A stretch of 64,000 bases of DNA from Noviherbaspirillum sp. (lineage in GTDB: Bacteria > Pseudomonadota > Gammaproteobacteria > Burkholderiales > Burkholderiaceae_D), in contig NZ_DASPLS010000072.1 in assembly GCF_035627455.1 (NCBI RefSeq), positions 32,276 through 96,275 of the forward strand, given 5' to 3'. Numbering within the stretch: the stretch's first letter is position 1; every line of letters begins with the position of its first letter. Both the position numbers and the translations under genes were made by a program. Positions 20,365-30,390 of this stretch are shown in pieces. Under the pieces are notes generated by a model. It saw nothing but the letters and a program-made list of their open reading frames with translations, was not told the origin of the DNA and searched no databases.

Positions 20365-23300
20365 ATGTTTAACTCGATTGTTCGATTCAGTCTGAGTAAC
20401 CGGTTATTCGTGCTGGTTGCCGCATTACTCCTGGTGGTGTACGGCACCCTGATGGCTTCCCGTACTCCTGTGGATGTCTTTCCGGACTTGAATAAACCGG
20501 TGGTCACGGTCATGACGGAAGCAGGCGGCATGGCCCCGGAGGAGGTCGAACAGCTTGTGTCATTCCCGATTGAGACGTCACTCAATGGCATGCCGGGCGT
20601 GACGCGGGTTCGCTCGGTATCCGGCGTCGGACTCTCTATTGTGTACGCGGAGTTTGACTGGGGGACGGACCTCTACCGCAACCGCCAGCTTGTGGCCGAG
20701 CGCCTTGCCTTGGTGAAGGAGCAGCTGCCGGGCGGAATCACCCCGATCATGGGGCCGGTGTCGTCCATCATGGGCGAAATCATGTTGATTGCCCTGCCAA
20801 TCGACGTTTCAAAAGCAAGCCCGATGCAGGCACGGGAGTATGCCGACTTCGTCCTGCGCCCGCGCTTGCTGTCGATTCCTGGTGTCTCCCAGGTCATTCC
20901 GATTGGCGGCGAGGTGCGCCAGCTTCGCGTCGAACCCGATACGGCGCGAATGGCGCAGTTCAATGTCACCCTCGACCAGATAGCAACGGTCCTCCAGGGA
21001 TTTGCGACCAACACCAGCGGCGGCTTTATCGACCTGCACAGTCGAGAATACTTGATCCGCAACCTTGGCCGGACCACCCGGGTGGAGGATATGAAAGGCC
21101 TTGCCGTCGCCTTCCGGAACGGTACTCCGGTTCTGCTGGAACAAGTGGCCTCCGTCAGATATGCGCCAGCGTTCAAGCGAGGTGATGGCGGCATGAACGG
21201 CCTGCCCGCGGTTATCGTAAGCGTGCAGAAGCAGCCGGCCGCCGATACGGTCAAGCTGACGCGGGAAATTGAAAACGCACTGAAGGAACTGAAGCAGGGC
21301 CTGCCCGCAGGGCTGTCCACGCCCGAAGTCCTGTTCCGACAGGCCGATTTCATCGAGGCGTCCATCGGCAATGTGGCCGAAGCATTGCGAGACGGCGCCA
21401 TCATGGTTGCCATCGTACTGTTCGCGTTCCTGTTGAACTTCCGGACCACTGCAATCTCCCTCATTGCCATCCCGTTGTCGCTTGCCGTTACCGCGGTCGT
21501 GTTTCACCTTCTCGGGCAGTCCATCAACGTGATGACCCTCGGAGGGCTGGCCATTGCAATCGGCGAGCTGGTCGACGACGCGGTGGTTGACGTGGAAAAC
21601 ATCCTGCGCCGACTCAAGCAGCGCAAGGCTGGCGAAGGCCCGCCGTCCGTCATGCACGTCATCTGGCAGGCTTCGGTCGAGGTCAGGTCCGGTATCGTCT
21701 ACGCGACTGTCATTGTCGTATTGGTGTTTGTGCCGCTGTTTGCATTGCCTGGCATCGAGGGCAGGCTCTTCGCGCCGCTCGGTGTGGCCTATATCGTATC
21801 CATATTGGCGTCGATGCTCGTGTCGATGACCGTGACACCCGTGCTGTCGTACTTCCTGTTGCCGCAAATGAAGCAGCTTGCACACGGCGACAGCCCTGTC
21901 GTCCGACGACTGAAGGCGTGGGATACGCGAATTCTGGAGTGGTCGTTTCCGCGCGTGAAAGGCATCCTTGCCGGTGCCGCATTGGTTGTGATCGGCGCTG
22001 CAGCCACGGTCCCGTTCTTCCCACGCGCCTTTTTGCCTCCGTTTAACGAGGGCTCCCTGGTCATGGGCATGACGTTCACACCCGGCACTTCGCTCGGGGA
22101 GGCAAACCGCATGGGCGCACTGGCGGAGACGCTCATCAGGGAAGTGCCGGAGGTGTCGAAAGTCGGCCGCCGAACCGGGCGCGCGGAGCTCGACGAGCAT
22201 GCGGAAGGCGTTCATTCCTCGGAAATCGATATCGACCTGAAGCGCTCAGAGCGGAACCGCGAAGAGGTCATGGCCGACTTGCGCAGCAAGCTGTCCGTCA
22301 TACCTGCGTCGATTGCGATCGGGCAGCCCATCTCGCATCGCCTTGACCACCTGTTGTCCGGTGTTCGCGCGCAGATTGCTCTCAAAATCTACGGAGACGA
22401 CCTCGATACCCTGCGCGGGCTCGCCGAGGGACTGCGCGGAAAGCTGACAGCTGTGCCGGGGCTGGTCGACTTGTCCGTTGAACGACAAGTGCTTATCCCG
22501 CAAATCAAAGTCCGGGTCGATTACCGGAGGGCGGCGCAGTACGGCCTGGCGCCGGGCCAGGTACTGCAGGCACTGGAAACGTTGTCGGAAGGCGACCGGG
22601 TAACGCAGGTTGTCGACGGGCCTCGCCGGTTTGACCTGATGGTCCGACTGCCGGACCAGAATCGTTCACCGCAGGACTTGTCGCGCGTCATGCTGGACAC
22701 GCCGGCCGGCCGGATTCCCCTGTCGGAGATCGCGGCGGTCGAGGAAAGCGACGGGCCGAACCAGATTGGCCGAGAAAACGGTCGTCGCCGGATCGTCGTG
22801 TACGCGAATACCGATGGCTCGGACATGTCGCGGGTGATCGGAGATATCCGCAGGGTTATCGCGTCAACTGCGCTGCCCGGCAGCTACTTCATCAGCATTG
22901 AAGGGCAGTTCCAGGCGCAGGAGCAGGCAACCAGGCTGATTATCGGCTTGTCGCTGGTGTCATTGATGATGATTTTCCTGGTGCTGTATTCACGATACCG
23001 TTCAACTGCCCTGGCACTGGTCATCATGGGAAATATCCCGTTCGCGTTGATCGGCAGCGTCGCCGCGATGTGGATCGCGGGCATTTCCTTGTCGGTCGCG
23101 TCAATGGTGGGTTTCATTACCTTGACCGGCATCGCGACACGTAACGGCATCCTGAAGGTCAGCCACTACATCAACCTGTGCAAATTTGAAGGCGAAACCT
23201 TCGGCACGAAGATGATTATTCGCGGCTCACTGGAGCGCTTGACGCCGGTGTTGATGACGGCGCTTGTCGCCGCATTTGCACTGGTGCCGCTGCTCTTGGC

Positions 23301-23469
23301 AGCGGACGCCCCTGGCAAGGAAATTCTGCACCCGGTGGCAGTCGTGATTTTTGGCGGTCTCGTGAGTTCAACAATCCTCGACTCCCTGCTGACACCGTTG
23401 ATTTTCTGGCTTGTGGGCCGCAAGCCCCTGGAGACGCTGGTTGCCGGACAATCAGAGGAAGCGTATTAA
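20365..23469 (+). CDS. CusA/CzcA-family heavy-metal RND permease
   Basis: [21 protein letters not shown]4 [27 protein letters not shown]. Confidence 0.95.
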   Translation: MFNSIVRFSLSNRLFVLVAALLLVVYGTLMASRTPVDVFPDLNKPVVTVMTEAGGMAPEEVEQLVSFPIETSLNGMPGVTRVRSVSGVGLSIVYAEFDWGTDLYRNRQLVAERLALVKEQLPGGITPIMGPVSSIMGEIMLIALPIDVSKASPMQAREYADFVLRPRLLSIPGVSQVIPIGGEVRQLRVEPDTARMAQFNVTLDQIATVLQGFATNTSGGFIDLHSREYLIRNLGRTTRVEDMKGLAVAFRNGTPVLLEQVASVRYAPAFKRGDGGMNGLPAVIVSVQKQPAADTVKLTREIENALKELKQGLPAGLSTPEVLFRQADFIEASIGNVAEALRDGAIMVAIVLFAFLLNFRTTAISLIAIPLSLAVTAVVFHLLGQSINVMTLGGLAIAIGELVDDAVVDVENILRRLKQRKAGEGPPSVMHVIWQASVEVRSGIVYATVIVVLVFVPLFALPGIEGRLFAPLGVAYIVSILASMLVSMTVTPVLSYFLLPQMKQLAHGDSPVVRRLKAWDTRILEWSFPRVKGILAGAALVVIGAAATVPFFPRAFLPPFNEGSLVMGMTFTPGTSLGEANRMGALAETLIREVPEVSKVGRRTGRAELDEHAEGVHSSEIDIDLKRSERNREEVMADLRSKLSVIPASIAIGQPISHRLDHLLSGVRAQIALKIYGDDLDTLRGLAEGLRGKLTAVPGLVDLSVERQVLIPQIKVRVDYRRAAQYGLAPGQVLQALETLSEGDRVTQVVDGPRRFDLMVRLPDQNRSPQDLSRVMLDTPAGRIPLSEIAAVEESDGPNQIGRENGRRRIVVYANTDGSDMSRVIGDIRRVIASTALPGSYFISIEGQFQAQEQATRLIIGLSLVSLMMIFLVLYSRYRSTALALVIMGNIPFALIGSVAAMWIAGISLSVASMVGFITLTGIATRNGILKVSHYINLCKFEGETFGTKMIIRGSLERLTPVLMTALVAAFALVPLLLAADAPGKEILHPVAVVIFGGLVSSTILDSLLTPLIFWLVGRKPLETLVAGQSEEAY

Positions 23470-23525
23470 GAACGGGCTATTGCAGCGGCGCCCATGGACG
23501 AGCCGCTGCACGTATGGAGGACGCA

Positions 23526-23903
23526 ATGAAAAAGTATCTCGCCCTGGTGGCAACGGCAGTAACGTTAGCAACAAGCGGAAGCGTGTGGGCACATGGGGAA
23601 AAGGCCAAACATGGCGGTATCGTTCAGGAATCCAGCAGTGGCGTCAGCCTCGAGCTGGTGGCCAGGGATGGGAAGGCCACGATTTACGTGGAAGACCATG
23701 GGAAGCCGGTTTCAACCGCGGGAGCCTCCGGGAAGCTGACCGTACTGAATGGGACGGATAAATCGGAAGTCCCGCTCGAGCCGGCTGGAGAAAATGCCCT
23801 GGTGTCGAAGGGGGACCCAAAGCTCGGCACGGGCGCGAAGGCGATTGCAGCCATCCACCTGGCTGATAAAAAGACAGTGAACGTCCGCTTTGCGGTCAAG
23901 TAA
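23526..23903 (+). CDS. Small periplasmic protein (HGEKAKHGG) typical of metal-efflux loci
   Basis: GGAGG RBS, signal peptide, His motif. Confidence 0.75.
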   Translation: MKKYLALVATAVTLATSGSVWAHGEKAKHGGIVQESSSGVSLELVARDGKATIYVEDHGKPVSTAGASGKLTVLNGTDKSEVPLEPAGENALVSKGDPKLGTGAKAIAAIHLADKKTVNVRFAVK

Positions 23904-23964
23904 GTGCCTGAGAGCGGCGGGCGCAAGAACAAGCGCTCGCCCGAATTAACGGAATGAGGAAGCA

Positions 23965-24462
23965 ATGAAAATCAAAAATGTTTCGACCATGTTTGCCCTT
24001 GTGGCGGCAGTCACGGCTCCAACAGCGCTTGCGCAACAATCGACTGCGCCAGGCCTGGCCGACAAGGTCAAGGGTTTGTTCGCTCAGCCAAAGGAAGACG
24101 AACTCATCGAGCCGGATCTGGCGTTCAAGTTAAGTGTGGTGGCCAAGAACACGAACGTATTGCACGTCGAGGTTGTGCCGGCAAACGGCTATTACGTCTA
24201 CAAGGAGCGCATGCGTTTTTCCATAGAGGATGGAAGCGGCGTGCGAATTAAAGACGTGAAGTTTCCCGGCGGTGAAATGAAGAATGACCAGATTTTCGGC
24301 CGCACCGAGGTCTTTAGGAAGACTGTCCCGGTCGCGCTTACCCTCGAAAATGCGGCAAAAGGGAAACCTATAACGCTGCAGGCGTCGTATCAGGGTTGCC
24401 ACGAGAAGCTTGGTGTTTGCTACCCACCGATTGATAAAACGGTACAACTGACGCTGCCTTAG
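23965..24462 (+). CDS. Stand-alone DsbD N-terminal domain protein
   Basis: PDLAF, GYYVYKERM, SYQGCHEKLGVCYPP (CX5C). Confidence 0.85.
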   Translation: MKIKNVSTMFALVAAVTAPTALAQQSTAPGLADKVKGLFAQPKEDELIEPDLAFKLSVVAKNTNVLHVEVVPANGYYVYKERMRFSIEDGSGVRIKDVKFPGGEMKNDQIFGRTEVFRKTVPVALTLENAAKGKPITLQASYQGCHEKLGVCYPPIDKTVQLTLP

Positions 24463-24578
24463 CCTTGCTGGCTAGCCTCTTTCGTGTCGTAAGTTAAACT
24501 AAACCAGACTGCCGGTATTCTCCTGCTGTCACTTTCCGACTAGTGGTTTCCTGATTTTTCAATTACCAGAGTAGCGTT

Positions 24579-25172
24579 ATGGGCAGCGACAACGACACCG
24601 TGAAAGAAAAAACCTTTGGACAGCTCGTGATGGAAGCCCTCGATATCGCTTCGCAGAAAAACGCGTCTTTAGCTGTTCGCTTTGCTTGCCTGGTCTCCGG
24701 CATCGGGAAGAATCAGCTAGCCGGTAATCAACAAGTCGACCAAGTTAGCGGGGCAGGACGCGCGAGAATCCTCGACCTGTGCGAGCGGTTGCGCGTGCCC
24801 ACCGAGTGCAAGGAGCTGGCATTGACCATGGAGCGAGAGCATGCTCAAGTCGATGACAGTCCGAGTTTCAATGCGGAAGAGATAGTAAATTTGCTCGAGC
24901 GGTGTGATGCAATTCGAAAACCTGGCCGGTTTCGCGAGCTCCTGACGGCATGTGAATGCATCGCGCAAGCGTACGATGAAAAAGGAGATTTTCAGTACCA
25001 AGCTTCGCAGCTCTTAAATGCTGCCGCAGACGCAGTTCGCAGAGTTGACACGGGCGCAATCGCAAAGAGAGCTGCCGCAGATGGAATGCAAGGCCCAGAC
25101 ATAGGCAAAGCCGTACACTCCGCCCGAGTGGAAATTCTCAAACAAACCTTACAGCCGGGATCTGGCATCTGA
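24579..25172 (+). CDS. Divergent CCA-enzyme C-terminal domain protein with degenerate HD motif
   Basis: LAVRFACL, LCERLRVPTECKELA, EH, LLERCDAIRKPGRF, DTGAIA, GPDIGKAVHSARV align to the CCA C-half; LTHDLGK is replaced by LVSGIGK. Confidence 0.8.
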   Translation: MGSDNDTVKEKTFGQLVMEALDIASQKNASLAVRFACLVSGIGKNQLAGNQQVDQVSGAGRARILDLCERLRVPTECKELALTMEREHAQVDDSPSFNAEEIVNLLERCDAIRKPGRFRELLTACECIAQAYDEKGDFQYQASQLLNAAADAVRRVDTGAIAKRAAADGMQGPDIGKAVHSARVEILKQTLQPGSGI

Positions 25173-25268
25173 CAAGCTCAAAAGGCTCCGTAACCTTTCT
25201 TCGCTGATGCCGCAGCTACTTTTATAGTCACGCGTCCGTTCGAACTGCAGGACGATTTCATTGCGTCG

Positions 25269-25438
25269 TTTCCGCAGGCGGTGTACCTGCATGGAGCGAT
25301 CGAGGCCGCGCGGGCGGTGAGCGCCGGCGCGATCGCGCAGCGCCTGCGACGGTGCCGAAGCGCATTCCGGAAGCGATCACCGCCGCACGTATCGGCGCTG
25401 TAACTGCTTTTCTGCGACAGCAAAAACACTTTGAGTAA
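25269..25438 (+). pseudogene. cca: Host cca 3' remnant, frameshifted
   Basis: FPQAVYLHGAIEAARAVSAGAIAQRL / shift / VPKRIPEAITAARIGAVTAFLRQQKHFE*; host-like GC. Confidence 0.75.
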
Positions 25439-25597
25439 CAGGATGTCTAGAGAACATTTTCTCTAGGGTAATTCTTTCTTCTTTTCCCGTCTCCCCGTCA
25501 AAAATCCCAGTTTTGCTTGTCAGGAATTCGAGTAACATTCTTGTCAGAAAAACTCTGGGGTGGTGCTGCGAAAAAGTTGCCACCGGGAAAATCAGTC

Positions 25598-27430
25598 ATG
25601 TCCAAACACGCTTCGCTCGTGCATGCACGAGACATGCGCGGGCCCGTCCCGGCGCCGGCGCCGAAACTCGAAGTCGCCGACCTGCTGGTCGCCTATCTCG
25701 AGCAGCTCGGCGTCGATTATGTGTTCGGCGTCCCCGGCGGCGCGATCGAGCCGATCTACAACGCCCTCGCGCGCAGCGCACGGCGCGGCGGTCCCCGTCC
25801 CGTCGTCGCCCGTCATGAAGCGGGCGCTGCGTTCATGGCCGATGGCTACACACGCGAGACCGGCAAGCTCGGCGTCTGCTGCGCAACATCGGGCCCGGGC
25901 GCGACCAACCTGATCACCGGCGTCGCGTGCGCGTACGACAACGGCATCCCGATGCTGGTGCTCACCGGTCAGCCCGTTCTGCCTGCATTCGGCAAGCGCG
26001 CATTGCAGGAATCCGCATGCACCGGCGTCAACACGCTGGCGATGTTCCGCCATTGCACGCGCTACAACTCCCTGGTATCGCATCCCGAGCAGATGGAAGC
26101 GAAGCTGACCGCGGCGCTCATGTGCGCGATGCGCTCGCCGCGCGGCCCGGTGCACCTGTCGATTCCGCTCGACATCCTGCGCAGCGCCGTTCCGCAAAGC
26201 GCGACTTCCTATGACTTGCGCAGGCTGCTGCAGCCGGCCCCGATGATCGACGAGACGGCGGTGGAACTGCTGGCGCGCGAAGTGCGGCAGGCTAAGCACA
26301 TCGTGATGCTGGTCGGCGGCTGGTGCGGCGAGGCCGCGGGCGCCATCCTGCAGTTCGCCGCGCAGACCGGCGCGCGCATTGTCGCCACGCCGGACGGCAA
26401 GGGGCTGGTCAGCCCGCGCCATCCGCTGTTTCGCGGCGTGTTCGGTTTCGCCGGCCACGCCTCCGCCGATGCAGCGCTGCGCGATAAATCTGTCGACCTG
26501 ATCCTGGCCGTCGGCACCAGCATGGGCGAGTGGACCAGCGCCGGCTGGAGCGATTCGCTGCTCAACAGCCGCCTCATTCACATCGACGAGTGCGAAGACC
26601 ATTTCGCGCGCAGCCCGATGGCCAAGCTGCATGTGCGCGGCCGTATCCTGACGGTGTTCGAACGCCTCGGCGAGAGGGTGCGCGAGCTGCAGCCGGCACA
26701 GGGCGCGGCCGCAGCCGCCGGCGAGCAAGACGCCGCCCTCGAAGCGGAACTCGCGGGCGAAGAAAAGCGGGACAGCGACGCCGTGCCCATCCTGCCGCAA
26801 CGGCTCATGCGCGATCTCGGACGCCTGTTTCCGCCAAGCACCCGCTTCCTGGCCGATGCCGGCAACAGCGTCGCCTGGGCGATTCACTGCCTGCGTCCGC
26901 AGGACAGGCGCATGAGCGAGCGGCGTCTGCCCGGCGAGCGCAAGAGCACGTCGGGCCGGCGCAAGACCGACGGCGGCTGGCTGCGCGTGACGATGGATTT
27001 CGCGCCGATGGGGTGGGCCATCGGCGGCGCCGTCGGCACCGCGCTGGGCAATCCCGAGGTGCCGGTGGTCTGCATCACCGGCGACGGCAGCATGCTGATG
27101 AACGGCCAGGAACTCTCGGTTGCCGTTGCCGAAAACCTGACCGTGATCTACATCGTGCTCAACGACGCCGCGCTCGGCATGGTCAAGCACGGCCAGCGCC
27201 TGGCGGGCGCCGAAAGGATCGCGCATAGCTTGCCGCGCACCGACTTCGCCGCACTGGCAAGGGCGCTCGGCGCCGATGCGTTCACCGTGCGCCGCCCGGA
27301 TGAACTCGGCGCGCTCGACATGACGGCCATCTGCAGCCGCAAGGGCCCAACCTTGATCGATGTGCACATCGACGGCGAGGAGGTGCCGCCGATGAATCTG
27401 CGGATGCGGGCGCTGGGGACCTTGTTGTGA
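25598..27430 (+). CDS. Thiamine-diphosphate-dependent enzyme (acetolactate synthase large-subunit fold)
   Basis: VFGVPGG, ARHEAGAAFMADGY, TSGPGATN, ITGDGSMLM..IVLND; no ilvN/H small subunit nearby. Confidence 0.9.
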   Translation: MSKHASLVHARDMRGPVPAPAPKLEVADLLVAYLEQLGVDYVFGVPGGAIEPIYNALARSARRGGPRPVVARHEAGAAFMADGYTRETGKLGVCCATSGPGATNLITGVACAYDNGIPMLVLTGQPVLPAFGKRALQESACTGVNTLAMFRHCTRYNSLVSHPEQMEAKLTAALMCAMRSPRGPVHLSIPLDILRSAVPQSATSYDLRRLLQPAPMIDETAVELLAREVRQAKHIVMLVGGWCGEAAGAILQFAAQTGARIVATPDGKGLVSPRHPLFRGVFGFAGHASADAALRDKSVDLILAVGTSMGEWTSAGWSDSLLNSRLIHIDECEDHFARSPMAKLHVRGRILTVFERLGERVRELQPAQGAAAAAGEQDAALEAELAGEEKRDSDAVPILPQRLMRDLGRLFPPSTRFLADAGNSVAWAIHCLRPQDRRMSERRLPGERKSTSGRRKTDGGWLRVTMDFAPMGWAIGGAVGTALGNPEVPVVCITGDGSMLMNGQELSVAVAENLTVIYIVLNDAALGMVKHGQRLAGAERIAHSLPRTDFAALARALGADAFTVRRPDELGALDMTAICSRKGPTLIDVHIDGEEVPPMNLRMRALGTLL

Positions 27431-28254
27431 CGCACCGGAATGAGAATGTGAGCGATCGGGATCCTTCCCCGGCCATCCGCACCCGCATCTGGCGCGAAGA
27501 ACCGGAGCCGGACAATCCTTTTTCCGCGCGCGCCGCCTATTGCCGCGGCTATGACGTATTCGGCGCGATGGTCGGGCGCGCCCGCTGGATCGAGATGCTG
27601 GTCCTGCTGTTCCGGGATGCACTGCCGCCGGCGGCCGAACTGGACATGCTCGAAGCGCTGTCCGTGGCCCTGGCCAATCCCGGTCCGCGCGATCCGTCGG
27701 TGCATGCCGCAATGTGCGGCGGCGTCGGCGGTTCGAGCGCGGCGGCGTCGCTGATGGCGGCGCTGTCGGTGGGAGCGGGACGCGTCGGCGGCGCGCGCGA
27801 CCTGTTCGACGCGATGCAGGTCTGGTCCGCTTGCGGCAGCGATTTTTCCGCGTGGGACAGGCATGCGGCGGAGCAGCCGAAGCACGCCGGCGTCTGGCCG
27901 GAGACGGAGCACCCGCCCGGATGCGAACCGCATGGCGCCACAACGTCGACCGTCGTCCGGCAGCTGCTTGCCACGCTGGCGCACATCGGCGGCACGCCGC
28001 GGCTGTGCTGGCTGGCCCAACAGCGAGAGGAACAGGAGCGCGCGCTCGGCCGTCCGCTTGCGATCACAGCGGTTGCCGCCGCCGCCTTCTGCGACCTCGG
28101 CTTTGCGCCGGCAGAAGGCGAGATGCTGTTCCTGCTGCTGCGTCTTCCCGGCGCGGCCGCGCATGCGCTGGAGCAGCAGGGCTACGGCTACAAGCGCTTT
28201 CCGTTCTTTCCGGTGGAGCTGGAGGACGACCCGTTGCGAAAGACGCAGGCATGA
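27427..28254 (+). CDS. Citrate synthase / citryl-CoA lyase fold protein 1 (catalytic motifs altered)
   Basis: YCRGYDV, NPGPRDPS, GAGRVGGA, AFCDLGF, LLRLPGAAAHALEQ; start overlaps the upstream stop. Confidence 0.75.
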   Translation: MTHRNENVSDRDPSPAIRTRIWREEPEPDNPFSARAAYCRGYDVFGAMVGRARWIEMLVLLFRDALPPAAELDMLEALSVALANPGPRDPSVHAAMCGGVGGSSAAASLMAALSVGAGRVGGARDLFDAMQVWSACGSDFSAWDRHAAEQPKHAGVWPETEHPPGCEPHGATTSTVVRQLLATLAHIGGTPRLCWLAQQREEQERALGRPLAITAVAAAAFCDLGFAPAEGEMLFLLLRLPGAAAHALEQQGYGYKRFPFFPVELEDDPLRKTQA

Positions 28255-29063
28255 ACGGCCCGGATCTTCTGCAGCAGCACGCCGGCTTGCTGAAGACCCG
28301 GGTCGGCGCCTGCTGGCCGGGCAGCCGCGCGGTATTCCGCGGGCATGACCTGCATGCCGACCTGCATGACATGGACTGGATGGCGTTGTACGTGTTCGGC
28401 ATTACCGGGCGGCGCTTTTCGCCGCAACAGATCCGCCTGATGCATGCGATCTGGACCTATACGAGTTATCCCGATGCGCGGATCTGGAACAACAGGGTGG
28501 CCGCGCTTGCCGGTTCCGCGCGCAGCGCTGCCGCTCTCGGCACGGCCGCCGCGCTCGCCGTGTCCGAAGCATCGATCTACGGCGGCGGCATCCTGGTGCG
28601 CGCCATCGATTTCTTCATCCGTACCCGTGCCAGGCTGGAGGACGGCGCATCGCTCGATGCATGCGTGCGCGAGGAACTCGACACCTTCCGCGTGATTGGC
28701 GGTTACGGCCGGCCGATTGCGTCGGGCGACGAAAGAATCGGGCCGATGCTGAGTCTCGCCGCGGAGCTGGAGCTCGACCAGGGGCCCCATCTGCAGCTGG
28801 CCTTCGCCGTCGAGGATGTGCTGCGCGCCGGCCGCTGGCGCATGAAGATGAACTACGCGGCGCTGGTGGCGGCGCTCGGCGCCGACCTGGGATTGTCGCA
28901 GCGGGAGTTCCAGCTGTACATGTTCCCCGTCTTCCTCGCCGGCATGCAGCCCTGCGTGGCCGAATCGCAGGAACGCCCGGCGGGAACATTGTTTCCGCTG
29001 CGCTGCACCGACATCCTGTACGAGGGACCGGTGGCACGCGCATGGCCGGCGCGCCCGCGGTAA
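28251..29063 (+). CDS. Citrate synthase / citryl-CoA lyase fold protein 2 (catalytic motifs altered)
   Basis: VFRGHDL, IGGYGRP, DERI, MNYAALVAALGADLG; ATGA overlap. Confidence 0.75.
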   Translation: MNGPDLLQQHAGLLKTRVGACWPGSRAVFRGHDLHADLHDMDWMALYVFGITGRRFSPQQIRLMHAIWTYTSYPDARIWNNRVAALAGSARSAAALGTAAALAVSEASIYGGGILVRAIDFFIRTRARLEDGASLDACVREELDTFRVIGGYGRPIASGDERIGPMLSLAAELELDQGPHLQLAFAVEDVLRAGRWRMKMNYAALVAALGADLGLSQREFQLYMFPVFLAGMQPCVAESQERPAGTLFPLRCTDILYEGPVARAWPARPR

Positions 29064-29103
29064 CGGCGGTTTTCACAACAGTCTTTTGACGAGAAACGAC
29101 AAC

Positions 29104-30372
29104 ATGGATAACAGGCCCAGCAGCTTTTACCATCCGCTTCCGACGAAGCTGTTCAACTTCGGCGCGCGCGCGTTGAACGCGGCCGGCATCGGCCGCATCG
29201 CGCTGTCCGAAGATGCGCTGGTCGCCGCCGCCCGGCGCGAGACCGGCCTCGAGCATTTCGGCGACGACAGCCACCTGCCGGGATTGCGCGTGCTGCTGCG
29301 GTCGCTGGAAGCGGAGGCGCGGCTCAACCCCTTTGGCCGTTTCTACGCGAAGACGAACATTGTCGGCTCGCTGAAAAACCGGCTCTGGGCCAATGCCTGC
29401 TTCGAAGCCCATCCCGAAATCCGCAGGCGCAAAATTGTCGCACCGATCGTCATCGTCGGCCCGCATCGCTCCGGCACCACGCGCATGCAAAGGATGATGT
29501 CGGCCGATACCCGCCTGTCGCACCTGAAGACCTGGGAAGGCTTCAATCCGGCGCCGCGGCCGGGCCTGCCCGACATGGGCAGGACGATACGCCGGGAGGA
29601 AGTGCGCAAGGCGCTCGGCGCGGTGGACCGGCTCTATCCGGGCGCATTTGTCGGCCATCCGATGGACGCCGACTGGGCAGAGGAGGAAATGCTTCTGCTT
29701 AACCATTCGTTCTGCAGTTTCTCCATCCTCGGCTCGTACCATGTGCCCGGTTACTTCAACTGGTTCCTGCAGCATGACAAGACCGGGCCGTACCGCTACA
29801 TGGCGGACCTGATGCGTCTGATCTCCTGGTCGCGCGGCGAGCCGGAGGGCACGCGCTGGGTCTTGAAGAACCCGCAGCACATGCTGGATCTGGATGCGTT
29901 GATGGCGGTCTTTCCGGATGCCAAAGTCGTGTTTACCCATCGCGATCCGCTCAAGACCGTGGCGTCGGTCATGTCTCTCATGTGGCATTACGCCGTCCAG
30001 CATACCGACGCCCCCATGCGCGGGCCGATGCGCGACACCTGGATGAGATTCTGCGAGACGGCCGCGCGGCGCTGCATCGAGAAGCGCCACCTGATTCCCG
30101 CGTCACAGCAGCTTGATGTGTATTACGACGATATGAACAGCGACTGGCGCGCGGTCATGCGGCGCGTCTACGACTTCGCCGGCATCGGATTTTCTGCGGA
30201 AGCGGAGCAGGCGCTCGGCGGCTGGCTGGCGCGCAGCGAAAGCGAAAGCAGGCATGGCAGCCATCGCTATTCGCTGGATGATTTCGGCATCACCAGGGAA
30301 GAGGTGGATGCGCGCATGATGTTCGTCCGCCGGGAATATGCGATTCCCTACGAAGGCAGGCGCGCCGCATAA
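29104..30372 (+). CDS. PAPS-dependent sulfotransferase (Sulfotransfer_3 / mycobacterial Stf-like)
   Basis: IVGPHRSGTTRMQ (5'-PSB), WVLKNPQH, FTHRDPLKTVAS (3'-PB), HRYSLDDFG. An alternative TTG start exists at 29086. Confidence 0.88.
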   Translation: MDNRPSSFYHPLPTKLFNFGARALNAAGIGRIALSEDALVAAARRETGLEHFGDDSHLPGLRVLLRSLEAEARLNPFGRFYAKTNIVGSLKNRLWANACFEAHPEIRRRKIVAPIVIVGPHRSGTTRMQRMMSADTRLSHLKTWEGFNPAPRPGLPDMGRTIRREEVRKALGAVDRLYPGAFVGHPMDADWAEEEMLLLNHSFCSFSILGSYHVPGYFNWFLQHDKTGPYRYMADLMRLISWSRGEPEGTRWVLKNPQHMLDLDALMAVFPDAKVVFTHRDPLKTVASVMSLMWHYAVQHTDAPMRGPMRDTWMRFCETAARRCIEKRHLIPASQQLDVYYDDMNSDWRAVMRRVYDFAGIGFSAEAEQALGGWLARSESESRHGSHRYSLDDFGITREEVDARMMFVRREYAIPYEGRRAA

Positions 30373-30390
30373 CACGCAAAGTGAGCATGT

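Larger units (their letters stand above)
14616..25265. mobile_element. Heavy-metal resistance genomic island inserted in cca (boundaries approximate; no integrase or transposase seen)
   Basis: Abrupt shift to lower GC and more A/T-ending codons; flanked by cca-derived sequence on both sides; cargo is Cu/Zn/Co/Ni-type genes. Confidence 0.75.

Noticed and set aside
25592-27943. 783-aa Arg/Ala-rich antisense ORF
   Set aside because: Shadow of the TPP enzyme gene.
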